This document shows, one piece after another, positions 1 through 14,277 of a stretch of 64,000 bases of DNA. The notes below the pieces were generated by a model. The model saw only the letters and a program-made list of their open reading frames with translations, ran no database searches and was not told where the DNA came from. This DNA comes from Entomortierella parvispora E1425 (lineage: Eukaryota > Fungi > Mortierellomycota): the NCBI GenBank assembly GCA_020891255.1, contig BQFW01000015.1:2108001-2172000 (forward strand), read 5' to 3'. Position numbers and translations under genes: made by a program. Position 1 is the first letter of the stretch. Each line of letters begins with the position of its first letter.

Positions 1-3000
1 ACCTCCAAATCGAATCGGTCCAGCTTCAAGTCCAGCATTGGCAAACTGTGCATATCGTCAATCAGGATGAGCTGCAAACCTTGAATAACTCCCTTGAGCT
101 AATATGATGGAATAAATGCACCCAGGTTAACACACTTTTTTTTTTCATTCTTCCGCTCTTACAGTGTCAACCAGATATCCTTGCAACTTACTGTTTCACG
201 TGTGGAAACAAAGGACGCAGACTGCACTAGACTTTTGGCAGTCGGCTTTGGAGAAGCAGTAGCAGCAACTGATGTTGTGGCGGTGCGTCGGTCGGCAGGA
301 TCCAAAGGTTTTGGCGTAGTTCCAGCGGTAATCTGCTTGCTGGGCTCTGGAGATTGCTCCGCCGCGGGCTGAGCCTTGGACTGCATCTCAGTCACCTTGT
401 TGACAATATCCATCACCAACATGGCATCACGGTACGACAATCTCAACACAAGAGGGCGCACGTCCAGAGTAATATTGGTCAGTTGGTGTCCGGGGGTCGG
501 GGAACGAGTTCCCATGGAGAGGGCGATATCAAAGTTGTCGATAAAGCGCAGACAAGTGTCTTCTCGCTTGTCCATCTTGCAGAGGAACATTCCAACACGA
601 TCGACAATAAGTGTCATCGTCTCTTGTTGCGACATCACGACTTGGTGGGCCGAGAGAATGATGGCGTCAGTGGCTGAGCTGGCAGCATTGGCCAACAAGA
701 TGATCTCAGGAGCCACCACGCTAACACGGTAGTGCAGACTTGGCACAGGCTCCGTAGGCTTGGCTGGATCTGCTGGCTTAGAGGCCACAGCATTCGAAGA
801 GCGTCTTCCGCTGGCAGTCTTTGAGCTTTGAGGGCGGCCCGAGACCTGACTTGTGGACGATGGACGTCTCTCCGGCTTGGGAGGCTCTGCCGGGGCGGAA
901 TCCGACAAGGCACTCATAAAGTAGTTCTGGAGGGCGAAAATATACTCCAAATGGAAAATAACCTTGGGACTGTCGATGTTCAACAACAAGAACATGCTCT
1001 TGTCTTCGAATGTGTTGACGGAGATGGAGATCTGAGGACTGTTATGAAGATTGGCTGGGATGATCTCGCGGAACTTAGTCTTCACGTTGCGTCTAGTGTC
1101 GTTGATGATAAGATCCTGAATCGTCAGCTCGGCCTGCATTGTCGAATCTGTCAACGACTTGTACTTGAAATCAGTCTTGGACAATGAAAACTTTGAGAAA
1201 CTGCAGTCGCGAAGCTCCTCCTTCTGAGTCGCATCACCCTGATAGATCTCCAAGGTCACCTTGGGCAGCTCAAAGACCAGATCAATTGAAGTCCACTTTT
1301 CATCCGACGACTTGATGGCTAGTGGAGGCGTTGAGGGAGCGCTAACAATACCAGCAGATGCGGCCAGTGCATCAGCATCCTCTTCGCTACCGCCTCCAAA
1401 AGCGCGGGCGACTGACATGGAAATTCCATAGAGTGTCCTGTACTGGAGTTCTGTTAGGTTCATGCTGACTTCAGACATGCGACCAACCAGCTCCAGGTCG
1501 GGACGAGGCAAGCCCGCCTTGTGCGCAGCGCGAATCATATCAAGATCAATGTCAACATCTTCGATGATTTGCAATTCCTGAACAGTGTCGTTAAAATAGA
1601 ACTGGCTGAGGAGGTTGATGGAGTGGATACCGAGCGTCATCTGGTCAAGAGTGCCACCGGCAATGTGCTCGTCGTCCGCGAACTCGTTACGGATAGAGAT
1701 CTGACCCAAATTGGCGACGATGGTGTTGCGTGACTTGGCATCCTTGGGCAGAATCACAATGGGAGTGCTAATCTCCACATCAAAGTGAAATTTGCTCGTG
1801 GTCGTCTGGAGTGCCTGCGCCTGATTCACCGCCGCGTTCCTGGCAGAGTCATAAAGTACGTGCATCCTAGCAAACTTTGTCGAAAAGTCCAAAAGTTGCT
1901 TGATGGGCTCTTCCAAGAACGTGAGCTGCAAGGAGCCTGCCCGCAAGAAGACAGAAGCGTCATATCCGGGATAGCTGGAGCTCTGGGAATCAAAGGTCTC
2001 GTATGCGAAATCTGCAAACTCTTCGCCTTGAATGGCCAAGATCTGCTGCTTGCCAGGATTGATATCGTCCGTCAAGGTAAAGTTCCCCAACTTGACATTG
2101 ACACGCATCGTTGGAGGCTTCATTAAAACTGCGACATCGCACTGCGACAACGCCATTGTCGCCAGTCGCTGACCATCATTGTTGAGGATAAAGTTGATAC
2201 TGGTCATTTTGACTTTGACCTTCATCGTATCCTGGCTGGGGACTGCAGGCTTATTGTCCACTTGCGACTGTGCGGCTTTGTTCGCATTTGCATCCGCGGC
2301 TACTGGCGATTGTGGCTGGCCCTGTGGGGCGGGGTTGGTAAATGTCGTCAAAATGAAGTCGAACAATGTCAAGACACTCTTCCGGGTGAGGATCATGGTC
2401 ACAGTTGAGAAAGAGATGTCCACTGTCGCGTCGATACCCTTGTACTTTGTAAGGTACTCTGGCGAGATGGTGTTCACTTTGGTGTAGCTGACTCTGACCA
2501 AGTCCTCTGTTTCTTCAGAGGCGGGTGACTTTCCATCTGCGTCAGAAGAAATCAGATACGGGTAGTGAGGATCCGTCTCCACCTTGTCCTCCACATAGAG
2601 AGATCCCAAAATAATGTTGACTGTCATATCCACGGGCCTGAGTACAAAATGAAGGTCGAATTTCTCGATGATTAACTCTGCAAGGATGCGCTCCGGCAAG
2701 TTGACATCCAGAGGCGCCTTTCTTAGAGTGACGGAAAACTTTGAGACCTTGAAGCTGAATTCAAACGTCCTCTGGAAGAGCTGTGCATTACTCATTTCCT
2801 AAACGAGAAAGCTTGTATTAATAACAGGGTGAAAGTAGACCTTTGGATGGCCCATTGAAACGTAGGTATAACTCACCTTGTCCTGTTCAGATTTCTTGAG
2901 CTGCTTCCCAGAGCCGTTTTCGTTGTCTGAATCACCCTCTGTAGTGTCACCAAGAACCAGGTCGTCCGCATATGCACTCTTTCCAAGCAGTCCAATACTC

Positions 3001-6000
3001 CTTGAGGTCTTTGGCTTCGCAGGAGGTGGGGGAGCAGCCGCAGCCTCAGGATCCTTTGGTACCACCAGATCTACAATTCGCATGAGCGTCTTGTACTTTC
3101 GATCTGAAAAGTTGATCTGCAACAACGGAAGTTCACCAAACACCCTGATTTTTGTCAGGTTCGGTGCTTGTGGCAGGATAGACAGGTGCACATGGAAAGT
3201 CATGTTGATCTTGTCGATGACATGGAGGTCGTTTTCCTTCTTTGGGTTTCGGATTTGCTCCAAACAACGCTCTACGGACTGGCCCACCAGCAGCTAAAAT
3301 CAAAACGACCGTATTAGTGACAGAAGACTGGTATCCACAATGACAGCTTTCAAGCCAAGAGTTTTCTAATTTACCTGTGTGCTGGAGAGTTGGACAACAA
3401 ATCGGTCATACATAAGATCCTCCAGCTTTTCAAAGTCAACAGCATCAAGTGTTTTCTTGTGGTTGTTTTCTACCACAGCCATATCCTCCTTCGAGACCAA
3501 ATTACTCTCAACAAAGATATGACCAACATCCAGCACTGCAACAAGCGCATTGGCATCCGTACAGCTAAATTTGAAGGTACATTGGTCGTTAGTCCCGGTG
3601 CCGGATTGAAGGAGAACTGACATGTCATAAAATGAACATACCTCTCTGGGAAGATCATAACGGGTGCATCCATGTCGACACGGAGATCCAGTCTCTTGTG
3701 CTCCTCCAGAGCGTACTCGAGTCCAGCTCTTGTTTGAGCAGCGAGGCCCTCAAGAGTATCACCGGCAGCCTCCAGAAGGGCATTGATACTGTCGGCTTCG
3801 CTTGGCGGGGGTTTGAAGAACTCTATAACAGTGTCCACGGTTTTGGGGTTATACAGGATCTCCAAGTGCCTCATCTTGACCTCCAAAACATTGTCTGCAT
3901 GCGCATCAAGAGGATTGTGTTCAAAATCGACTGAGAAGAAAGGATTGAAACTAAGGAAGACAAGTAAAACCAAGGTATTAGTAGGGAAGGATGATGTTTT
4001 TGTCAACACAACTAATGGCAAAGAATGGCTTACTCTGGTTCTGCCCCGCTTTCATTTTGGCTGTCTTCACCACCGTAAACGGTATCGCCCTCAGAGACAT
4101 GAGACAACAACTTCTTCTTCTCATCCTCCTTGACTCGAATAATCTTTGGGTAGAGAGTGTTCTTTGTGGTTCCATCGATGCAGGTCAGGCCTCCAAGAGC
4201 GATTCCGGCCTTGAAATTATCCGTCCGCTGCAAGACATTGGCGAGGAAAGTATCAAAGACTAGGCTGAAAATAGTCGTGTTGGATCCATGAGGGTCCTTT
4301 TTCAGCGCAAAAGAACCGGTTCGCAGCTTTGCGTTCACAGCAAACAGGATGGTATCCTTTGCTTCTTCCAAATTTGACTGAAGCGCCGCTTTCTCGTCAT
4401 AGTCAATAACATCGTACAGCTGTTGCTTTTGCGCGTCTGTGAGACTAGTCGAGTCTTCGTCCTGTGGAATGAGGATGCTAGATGTTAGCAATCAGAAAAT
4501 ACCCACAGAGAGCGTCCCATCGTGGAACTGAATAATCATATACCTCTGCAGTTTTGGTTGTAGATGAATCTCCAGATCCATACCACCACGAGCTGATCCA
4601 GCCTTTGGGCTGCTCTTGCACCTGTTTCTTTTCAATGAGAATCTTCTCTCGTCGCAAGACGCCCTTGGCGATACTTCGGTAGAGGCGAATGTCTTCATAG
4701 GACAGCTTCCATTCCAGAGCCTTGAGTCGCTCTTCATCCTCGACATCATTGCGGCCCAATTTGTGGTTCTTGTACAGCTCCACGTATGCTTTACGATCAT
4801 CTCGGCGCTCCTCAAAGTATGCCCATGTCCATTTGCGGTTCCTCTCGTGGATTTGTGATAGGACTGCATTTCCTGCATATCGGAACCACGCCAATGGGTC
4901 TTTTGCTGGAGTGATGGATTTGGCTGGACGGAATTTTCGAAACTAGAAAAGTATTCAACAGCGCGTATATACAGTGTCAACGGAGGCATATCTCCATCAA
5001 TCGATAAAGGGGGAAATCAGTTGGGAAACCACACTCACCTCGTGTTGTCTCATGAATGCATGGAAGAGACCCATCATCAAAAGAACGTTTTTGTACTGCT
5101 CGTCATCCACAACAAAACCCAACTCGTCGAAGTTGAGGGTGACTCCAGCTTTGGGTACATCGCCACCGTATCTCTTGTTGAGCTTGATCTTTCCTGTTCC
5201 TGATACAGGCTTCAAGATATACTGATGCTCATCGGGAATGTGCTCTGCTTTGGCAATAAGATCCACGAATGTCTTTAGAGCCTCATCCATCCCCTTTCCT
5301 GCAAGCGATCTCGAATCCGTGTTCCAGTACATGGCAAGTGAATCTAGTGTGGCGAGCTGATTGAAGCAGGAAACTTCAGTCTAGTTGCCCATATTCTCAA
5401 GAAGAGAGGTCCACTGTTCTGTAACTACAACTGGATCGTACCTTGTGAATTGTATTGGCTTCATCGTGAATAAACGTGGGCACCCACTCGCCGTCTGTTG
5501 AAACAGCCGAAAGCTGCGAGAGAGTCAGACCAGCAGAGAAAGGGTGCTAAATGGAGAGAACGTGGAAGGAAAGTTCAATAACATTGAGCTTTGTGCGACA
5601 AAACACAGACGAATGAGCATGATCGTTCATTTGACGTGGAACAGGGGTCCCATGCCCTACCTGAGGATCCGAAAGTTTGTCCTCGTAGCGAACATGGATA
5701 TTGTTGATTGACACTTGCAAGTTATCCACGACTTTGGTGATGAGCTGGTTCAAAAAGGTGGCATTCTTTTTCTCCTCGTCTATTGCCACATGAGGATAAT
5801 TTGACGTCAGTATTGGCAGACTATGCGATCATATCATAATTCCCTTTTGAAAATCCTGCAGGGTCATTAAGTTCTCTCCAATTCATACCATCCATGCCAG
5901 TCGTGGGCTTAGTGCTAAGGAGTTCTGCGTTCGCTAACCGGTCCTCCTTCAGAGCCTGAGCACGGGCGGCTTCTTCATCGGCGTCATACTACAAGGTCAA

Positions 6001-6704
6001 TTGTATTCCATTAGTCAATAACCTTCCACACCCGTGAGAATATGTAGTCCCCCCCCCCAGCAAAATAATGAACTTACCTCAGACTCGCCTTTGGGCACAC
6101 AGAGCAGGTACACGTTGTTGATGTAGACCTTAACAGGCTTGTTCTTCAAATTAGACCATGGAATGCTGAGAGTCAGCTCTCCGAGATAACCTGCGCAAGG
6201 AGACACAATTGAATTGTAAAGAGAGAGATCGTAAGCAAACAAAGAAAACAATGTTGAGTGGCCCAGACTACGGGACAAACGCTGAGCCCCGCGGCGAACC
6301 GATATTGACTGGCTCGCTGACTGACCTTCTACCACATCAACAGGCAGACTGAACTTGTCGAGTGCGTCCTTCTTGAGTCTGAGGTTGGTCAACTTGACAT
6401 CACCTAAACGATATAGCACGATCAAATGAGAAGCAAAAGCCGTGTATCAGTAACATGCAAAGAGACTGGATTTGATCATCCTTGCTTCACTCGGCTCTTG
6501 CTCGGGAACAAGCCGGGGAAGGAACGAGGTCAGGCAGATTCAGGGTGACGGCACCAATAGCAACAATAACAACAACAATAGCAGCAGTAGCAGTGGCAAT
6601 GGCGTACCTGACCAGATGGCAATGTTGAGCTGGTTGACGTTAAGATTGGTCACGTAGGGTCCGATGAATCGGTTCAGCAGACCGGCGACCAAACCTTCCA
6701 ACAT
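1..6704 (-). CDS. VPS13: Vacuolar protein sorting 13 (bridge-like lipid transfer protein), multi-exon, 3' end runs off the window start
   Basis: ATG at 6704 starts [33 protein letters not shown]|[26 protein letters not shown]|[21 protein letters not shown] (chorein-N domain). Later exons: [46 protein letters not shown], and the 878-aa ORF with repeated LxVxL beta-groove segments. All are joined by GT-AG introns. Confidence 0.97.
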
Positions 6705-7486
6705 TGTGCGAGCGAGGGCGGGATTCTAGTTGAAATGAGGTTCGTTTTTTTCTGTTCAACTGCGTATCCTCTTCCGACTCGCGCTTCGCTATGGTCCTCG
6801 GGTGTTCTCGTCTTTACTCTTGTTCTCAAGGGACCAGGGGGTTGATTCTTGCAGGAATGAGGGGGACAAAGGAGGGGGAATAGGCGTGGGGCGTGTGAAG
6901 AGATTGGCGAGTATGCGTGAAAAAAGACACGACAGGGACACGAATGGGCGGATGTGTGTGCGTGTGGATGAACAAGGGAGTGCGGTCTCTGCAGTCAGCG
7001 CCTTGTGCCTTTGAACAAATGAACGAAATGAAGGGTTGGGTGAGGGAGAGGGAGAGCGCAAGAAAGAGAAAGAAGGAACAGAGGAGAAAAAATATAAAAG
7101 ACCCCAGGGGGATTCATCTTCCAATGGGCGTGTCTGTCTCCGATGACCGCACCGTGGCCTCATTGTTCTTCTTTTCTCTTTCTCACTTTTCTTATTCGCT
7201 CCGCTCTCAATGTCTGATCTCGCCGTCCCTTTTCCCCATCTCCAACTCCATCATTGCCACCCTCTCCCCTTCTCTTGACTCTCGTTGCTCTCACACTATT
7301 TGCTCCCTCCGACGTGTTCGTGTCGTGGTATGCGGACAACGTCCAGAGAGGAACGCGCGTTCATTCTTTTGTCGGGTCTTTTTATTGTGGGGTGTGTTGA
7401 ATTATGGACAAGTTATGGATTCTACGAGTGGAGTGGATGGTACAGATGTTGTGGCTCTTTACAAGGGGCCGTTAAGGAGGGTCTCT

Positions 7487-8758
7487 TTACTTCTTGCCCT
7501 TCTTCTTGGCGGGGAGCTCATCCTCCTCATCCTCATCGTCCTCGTCTATTTAAGCATTTTTTCAGGCAAGATTGATTTTTTTTTTGCAAGTCAGCTCAAT
7601 TGTTCATTCCGCCAGTGGTGCTTACGAAGGGGTACCCGCCGGAGGACCCTGTCCAAATAAAAAATAGTGCGTCACTTACCATCCAGATCAACGGAACCCT
7701 CGTCGCTGAAATCGTCATCATCATCACCGCCGTTGGCGTAGATGCTATAAAAGAAGACATAGATAGGCGTCGTTAGAACAAGTAGGTTGCAATCAAGTGT
7801 CAACTAGGTCTCACAACAATCTCCGTTTATCTTACTGGATGGCCTCGGCAAAGAGCTCGTTGGAAATGTAGTCAAGGAGGGTAACATCGTCATCTTGGAA
7901 GATGGAGAAGAAAGAGTCCGAGACGTTGTCCTCGCCCTTCTTGCGCTTGTTGTCCTTGATGGTCAGGTCCTTGCCCTCCTTCCACTTGATCTCGGTGGGG
8001 GTGGTGACCTGCTCCTCTCCGTTGAAGGTGACCTTCTTGACGAGCTCCTTGTTGGAGAAGTAAGGGTTCTCGCTGAAGGTCTAGACGAGCGGGAAAAAAG
8101 GCAGGGTGCTTGTTGGGTTAGCAATTACGGAGGCTGGTTTTCAAACGGATATAAGAGATAAACGTAAAAGACATCTTACAAAGGTAAGGTCATAAGCGCG
8201 AGCATCCTTGGAGTCCCACTTGACCCAGAGGTCGGTCAAATGCTCGAGAGCCTAACAAGATACAAAAGATACTCAATAAGTCGGTTGATTCATAGGTGGA
8301 TGAAGGCGGTGACCACGGTCCACGATGCTATCTAGCAAGTGGTACGTACAGGGATATCAGCGGGCTCAATGATCTGGGTGAGGGTCATGTTGTTCATGAA
8401 GACCGAGGTCCAGAAGTTGGGGATCTTCTCGATGACAGCGCGACGCTTCTCGTAGATAGGAAGCATCAACTCGTTGCGCTTGTTGGCTAAAAGGGCGGGA
8501 CAAAATACACAGAAGAACGTGTGAGACATCAGAACGGCCATGTACGTAAGAACGGAATGCAAGCCGATCAGAGCAAAAGACCGATCACGTCGTCACATTT
8601 CAAAAGAGCTGCACGAGCGAACGCATCGGTCTTTCAAAGAGTCGCGAGCGGGATCACGTACCGAGCTCAAGCTCGACCTTGTCGGTGGCGGCAGTAAGGG
8701 CATCAATGTCACCGCGGACAGAGTCGAGGGCCTGGTTCTTGTCGGTCTGATCAGCCAT
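7487..8758 (-). CDS. NAP/SET/Vps75-family histone chaperone (6 exons)
   Basis: Spliced product MADQTDKN...KRNELMLPIYEKRRAVIEKIPNFWTSVF...ALEHLTDLWV...TFSENPYFSNKELVK...TEIKWKEGKDLT...DSFFSIF, then an acidic tail and NLS-like PAKKKGKK*. IPNFW, NPYFSN and IKWKEGK are NAP-domain hallmarks. Confidence 0.9.
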
Positions 8759-8848
8759 TGTTGAATGTGTGTGAAAGTAGGAAGAAGTGGATGAAGAGAA
8801 GAAAAGAGAGGAAACAGAGGGGCCCAGAGGGAGGAGGGAGTAAGAAAC

Positions 8849-8879
<31 letters not shown>

Positions 8880-9194
8880 TATGTGACTGTGCCCGCGTAC
8901 GTGCGCGCGCGTGGGAGAAGAATGAATGAATGGGCAGGGAGAGGGGCGCAGGCGCGGAGAGGGAACGGAAGGGAGGGAAACAGAGAGCACAGAAGGACGC
9001 GCCCAATTGGGTGCCAGCTCGCCCTCTTTTCACTTTCTCACAGTGTGTGCGTGTGTGCGCACACGGCGTATGTAACCTTTTTTTTTGTTTCTTTTCTTCT
9101 CCTTCTTCATCCCTCCCTTTCTCTCTTTCTCCTCTCTCTCTCTCATTCATTCTTGCTTCCTTGTCTCTCCTCCTCCCTTCCTCCTCCTCCCACC

Positions 9195-12100
9195 ATGGCA
9201 GCCAACTTTAAGCAGGTGCAGCAGATCGATGTCAATGGACACAAGATCACAAAGTTCAGATCCAGTCAGACCGGACTCAGCGTCGTCCATGTCGAAAACG
9301 AAGGTGCGATTCATTCATCTCGCCCCATTTCACTGCAAGTTTTCAGTTGTGTATGCCGCAGGTCATTTAATACGTTGTTGCCTCGATATCTTTCTCGATA
9401 GGACCCATCGTCAACGGATACTTCACCTTGGCCACGGAATGTAAGTCATCAATACACGCTCAAGTGCAGGAGCCACTCTTGTTGCCCAATGTGTCTGTTC
9501 TGATCAATCACATATTCCTTGGACACTCTTATAGCCTTTGATGATGACGGATGCCCTCATACCTTGGAGCAGTAAGTACCACTGCACAGTAGCCTATGAA
9601 TTGTTACGCCCTCAATGTACCTACGATTCCATACAACGAGAAGCTTGAACCAAACCTAACAACTCCATGGGATCCCAAAAAAGTCTCGTGTTCCTTGGAA
9701 GTGAGCTCTATCCATACAAAGTAATGTATCGCGTGCGATCTTTTTTTTTTCTGCAGAGCAACGCGCTCTATTGACATGGAGCGATCACATCGCGCTTGCC
9801 ATGCCGAACGGTCTTAAGTTCAAAGCTCCAATCCCCAACTCCGCTGACTCTTTCTTCTTTTGAAACTCAATCATCAGGGTGTCCTCGATGGCCTTGCCAA
9901 CCGCGCCCTGGCTAACGGAACCAACGCCTGTAGGTTCACTGCCAGCTGAAGGAGTACTCAAATACTCAAACGATAGTATTACAGGATCAGACCCGTTGGA
10001 CTAATCTCCACTCTCTCTGTTACTCGTAGGGACTGATGTGGACCATACCGCTTATAGTATGTGGCAATACAGAGCACGACATGTATTGACGCTCAAGTAG
10101 CTTTCGAACTAACGGCCACACTATCCAAAACTCACCACTCACCTAATAGCCATCGCTACTGCTGGAATCGAGGGATTTCTGAACATCATGCCCAGTACGT
10201 TTCTCCTTATTATTGACGCAGCGTCTGGGTCAAAGCCACCCTCTAACATTCGTTGTGCATGTCTTAGTTTACATTGATCACATCCTGTACCCTACAATGA
10301 CCGAGGCCGCCTATTACACTGAGGTTCACAACATTAACGGCGATGGTGAGAATGCCGGTGTTGTGTACTGCGAGATGCAGGTACGGTTATAATGGGTCGT
10401 TATAATACTTGAGTCGGCATTAGATCGAACTCTTTCTCAACTCTTTAATTCGCTGCGCGATAGGGTCGCGAGAACTCTGCAGGATCCATTATGGACCTTT
10501 GGTTAGTGGGAGAAAATGTACAGAAACTCAACGGAATGAAGCATAGAGCAGATTCTAACATGAACATACGCCATTTAGCCGGCAACGTATCATGTACCCT
10601 GAGAGCTCTGGATACCGCTACGAGACGGGTGGTCTCATGTTGAACCTCAGATCTCTTGAGGCTGAGAAGAGTACGTGCTTTCGATTGAACTTCGTGCGGA
10701 AACTCCCGAGGTTATTTATCCCCTAAAGGCTAATATCATTTTATTTTATTTTTTTCTAGTTCGTCAAGTATGGTGCTGTCGACGCAGATCGTGACAATGA
10801 TGGCATTCACTAGGTTCCGTACTCACCTACAACTGTTTCTGAATAGTACCACCGCGATTACTATCGCCCTGACAACTTGTGCTTGATTATCTCGGGAGTT
10901 GTTGACCACGGAAAGCTTTTGGCCGCCTTGGGACCAGTTGAGGAGCGTATCATCTCCAAGGGACCTCTTCCCCCCATGAAGAGGTAGGCTGCATTCCGAA
11001 ACTGGCATACCCACATTGCTGAATGCGACAATGAGAATTGACTCGTGCTCTCTCACTGTCATTGAAATAGACCCTGGGTCGACTCTCCCCAAGCACCTTT
11101 GATGAGCGAGACCACCAAGACAATCGTCACTTTCCCATCTGAGGATGAAGACATGGGTGAGGTTGCGATCAACTGGTTTGGTGCCCCAATTACGGTAAAT
11201 ATCGAATACTAACCATTCACTCTGAGGCTGTGAGAGCTTGGACTTACAATGAATTTTTTCTTCTTTTTTTTTTTGGCTGGTAATCCAGGATTTCTTGACC
11301 TTCCAAGCTTTGGACATTGTCGAGACCTACTTGACTGACTCTGCCGTGTCAGTTCTTCAGAAGGAGATGGTTGAGATTGAAGATCCCTACTGCACCTGTA
11401 AGTCGAACGATCAGAGCGCTCCATGCTTATATATTCTCACGCGTATATCAGCTCGAAGATGCTAATGATCATATGAATCTTTATAGCTGTGGAGTTCTAC
11501 ACTTCTCAGCGCATCCGCACCGAGATCAAGCTCTCTTTCGATAGTGTCCCTACGGAAAAGTTGGAGGAGGTCGAGCCAAAGTTCTTTGCCATCTTAGACA
11601 AGATTGTCAAGGAGGGTTTCGACATGGATCGTATGGCCGCTGTGATTAAGCGCGAGAAGCTCAAGCTGTTGGATCGCCTTGAGACCGACCACATGACTCT
11701 TGCCTGGCCTTGCCTGGTCCATTCTTTGTACGGAAAGAAGGACGACAGCGATCTGGCTGGATTTACCAACGACCTTGACAACTTGGACAAGGTCGCCACC
11801 TTTGATAACGCCACCTGGGTCAAGTACCTTCGCGAGTAAGAAGCTTTTGAACAATTACTGTAACTGAGCTCTTCACTTTAACTACTCGATCTGACTTTTT
11901 TGAATTTGTCAAACCCCTCAGGTACTACGTTGACTCCAAGAGAGCTACCGTTATTGCTAAGCCCTCAGCAGCCCATGCCGCCAAGCAGGCTGAGGATGAG
12001 GCCAACCGTATTGAGGAGCAGAGAAAGCGTCTCGGTGAGAAGAAGCTCAAGGAACTCGAAGAGGCGCTCCAGAAGCACCAGGCCCAGAACGATATTCCTG

Positions 12101-14198
12101 TTCCTGCTGAGATCTTTGGTAACAATATGGATTTTGCACTCAACATCTCTGTTCATTCAAGCCTGTTACCTGTCTACTGTGCATAGACTCATCCATATTG
12201 TTATTTTTTTTCCGGTGTTTGTTAGACAACTTCCCCATCCCTGATGTCAAGGGGATTGAGATGATCAAGGTCATCACTGGTCGCAGCCAGCCTGACAAGC
12301 ACTTGTAAGATTGGGAAATGACCTCTTTTACTCATCAACGGCGATATTAATCTTTTTTTTTTTTTCAAACACAATTCTCGTTTAGCGACAACGAGGTTCA
12401 GAAGCACATTGACAGTGACCCCGCCAAGGTCCCTTACTTCATCGAATATGACCGTAAGCGTTGGACTATTTGTTTTTCGGTCGAAGTGTGGATTGAGCGC
12501 AGTGCACTAACCTCCCCATTCTCTTCATACTCTACTCCCTCCAGACATCAAGTCCGAGTTTGTTGAATTGACTCTGTTCTTCACCTCGACTGACTTGCCT
12601 TCTCATCTTAGACCTTATTTGGATATCTACTTTGATTCCTTCTATTCCCTTCCTTTGGTCGACCCCGCTACAGGCAAGGAGACGCCATTCGAACAGGTGG
12701 TCAAGCTGCTTGATCAAGACACTGTCAGCCGTGCCTGCGGTGTTGGTGTCGGTGGCATGTTCCGCCAATTGGCTTTGGTCATCTTGAAGACTGAGAAGGC
12801 CAAGTACAGCGAGGGTATTGCCTGGTTGCAGAAGATGACTTGGCACACTCGCTTTGATATTGAGCGTCTCAAGGTCATCACCACGAAGCTGTTGAACGAT
12901 ATTCCTCAGCAGAAGCGCGATGGCTCTAGGGTAATGTCTAGTTTTTTTTTTTTTTTTTGGGGGGACTTTTCTGTACTGAATTCACAGTTTCACTAATCTC
13001 TTGTTTTTTGAAATATGTTGGTTGTCAACAGATGTCCAAGGCCTGCATGGACGTGATCACCTACGACCATGAAAAATCCAACATTGCGTCTTTGAACATT
13101 TTCCAGCAATCTAAGTTCTTGGCAGATGTCTTGAAGCAATTGGAGAAAGAGCCTGAGGTTGTTGTTAAGGCATTGACTGAGCTTCGCGAAATCCGTATGT
13201 ATTCTCCCCGCCCTGACTGTATTGCTGTCGACAGAAGATCCCTTCTGACATCTCTATATTTTTTTTTTTTTTTTTGAAATCAGTGACTCGACCCGCCAAC
13301 ATCCACGTTCAGGTTCAGGGCAACATCTTGCAGCAGAATGAGCCCAAGGCTGCTTGGGTCAAGAACTTTGGCGCCAAGGAAACCTCGGCCACTTTGGCCC
13401 CTATCCCCTTCTCTAGCCAGGTTTGGAGCGAGGCCGGAAAGGCCCCCGGCAAGAAGGGATTTGTCGTGAACATGCCTTCGATCGAGAGTTCTTTTGCTTC
13501 TCATGTTGCCCGTGGTCCCACGGACTTCCTTGACCCCGATTACGCCGCCTTGTTGGTTTTGGCCGAATGCTTGGATACCCTTGAGGGACCCTTCTGGAAG
13601 CAACTTCGCGGTTCTGGCGCTGTCTATGGCGCCAACCTCCGTGTTGATGTTGAGGCCGGTTTCTTGTCGTTCACAATTTACCGTTCTCCTGATGCCCTCA
13701 GAGCCTATAACCTTGCTGCCAAGATTGTTGAGGACTATGCCTCTGGAAAGGTCAGTTGACAAAAAAGAGTCCTCTTTGACTTGACTTTTCGAGCTGTCCC
13801 ACTTTTTCTTCTTTCGACTCCTAACCTGCTATATTTTCATGTCATTCAAAAACAAATAGACCAAGTTCACCAAGCAAGAACTTGAGGGAGCCAAGGCCAG
13901 TATCGTTTATAGAATTGTTCGCAAGGAGGAGACCATCTCTGGTGCGGCCACAGAAGCCTTTGTGAACCAGGTTTTGAAGAAGGTCTCGGCAAACTACAAC
14001 AAGGAGTTCTTGGAGCGTGTCCAGGCCGTGACCCCTGAGCAGATGCAGCATGCCATGGACAAGTACTTGCGCAACGTCTTCAGTGCAGACAACTCGATTG
14101 TCGTTGTCACCAGTGCCACCACCAAGGTCAAGGATATCTCGGAGGGATTCAAGAAGATTGGATTCCAGCTCGAGACCAAGAACATTGATGATATCTAA
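9195..14198 (+). CDS. SDD3: M16 (insulinase-like) zinc metallopeptidase, SDD3/YOL098C-like, no obvious targeting peptide, highly fragmented gene
   Basis: Spliced N-terminus ...GPIVNGYFTLATE.FDDDGCPHTLEHLVFLGSELYPYKGVLDGLANRALANGTNAWTDVDHTAY carries the inverted zinc motif HxxEH (HTLEH). Later motifs: GVVYCEMQ, GYRYETGG, IRQYHRDYYRPDNL, and WKQLRGSGAVYG in the C-terminal half. Stop at 14196-14198. Confidence 0.9.
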
Positions 14199-14277
14199 AG
14201 GGACTTCTAGTTGCTGCAGCTGACTCGTATTTTATCAATTACTATATTGTTTTATTGTTTTTTATTGCTTTATTGCT

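Noticed and set aside
6789-7660. ORFs of 124 aa (-) and 247 aa (+) between VPS13 and the NAP gene
   Set aside because: They are translations of CT/GA-rich promoter and UTR sequence and the antisense of the NAP last exon, with no recognisable domain.
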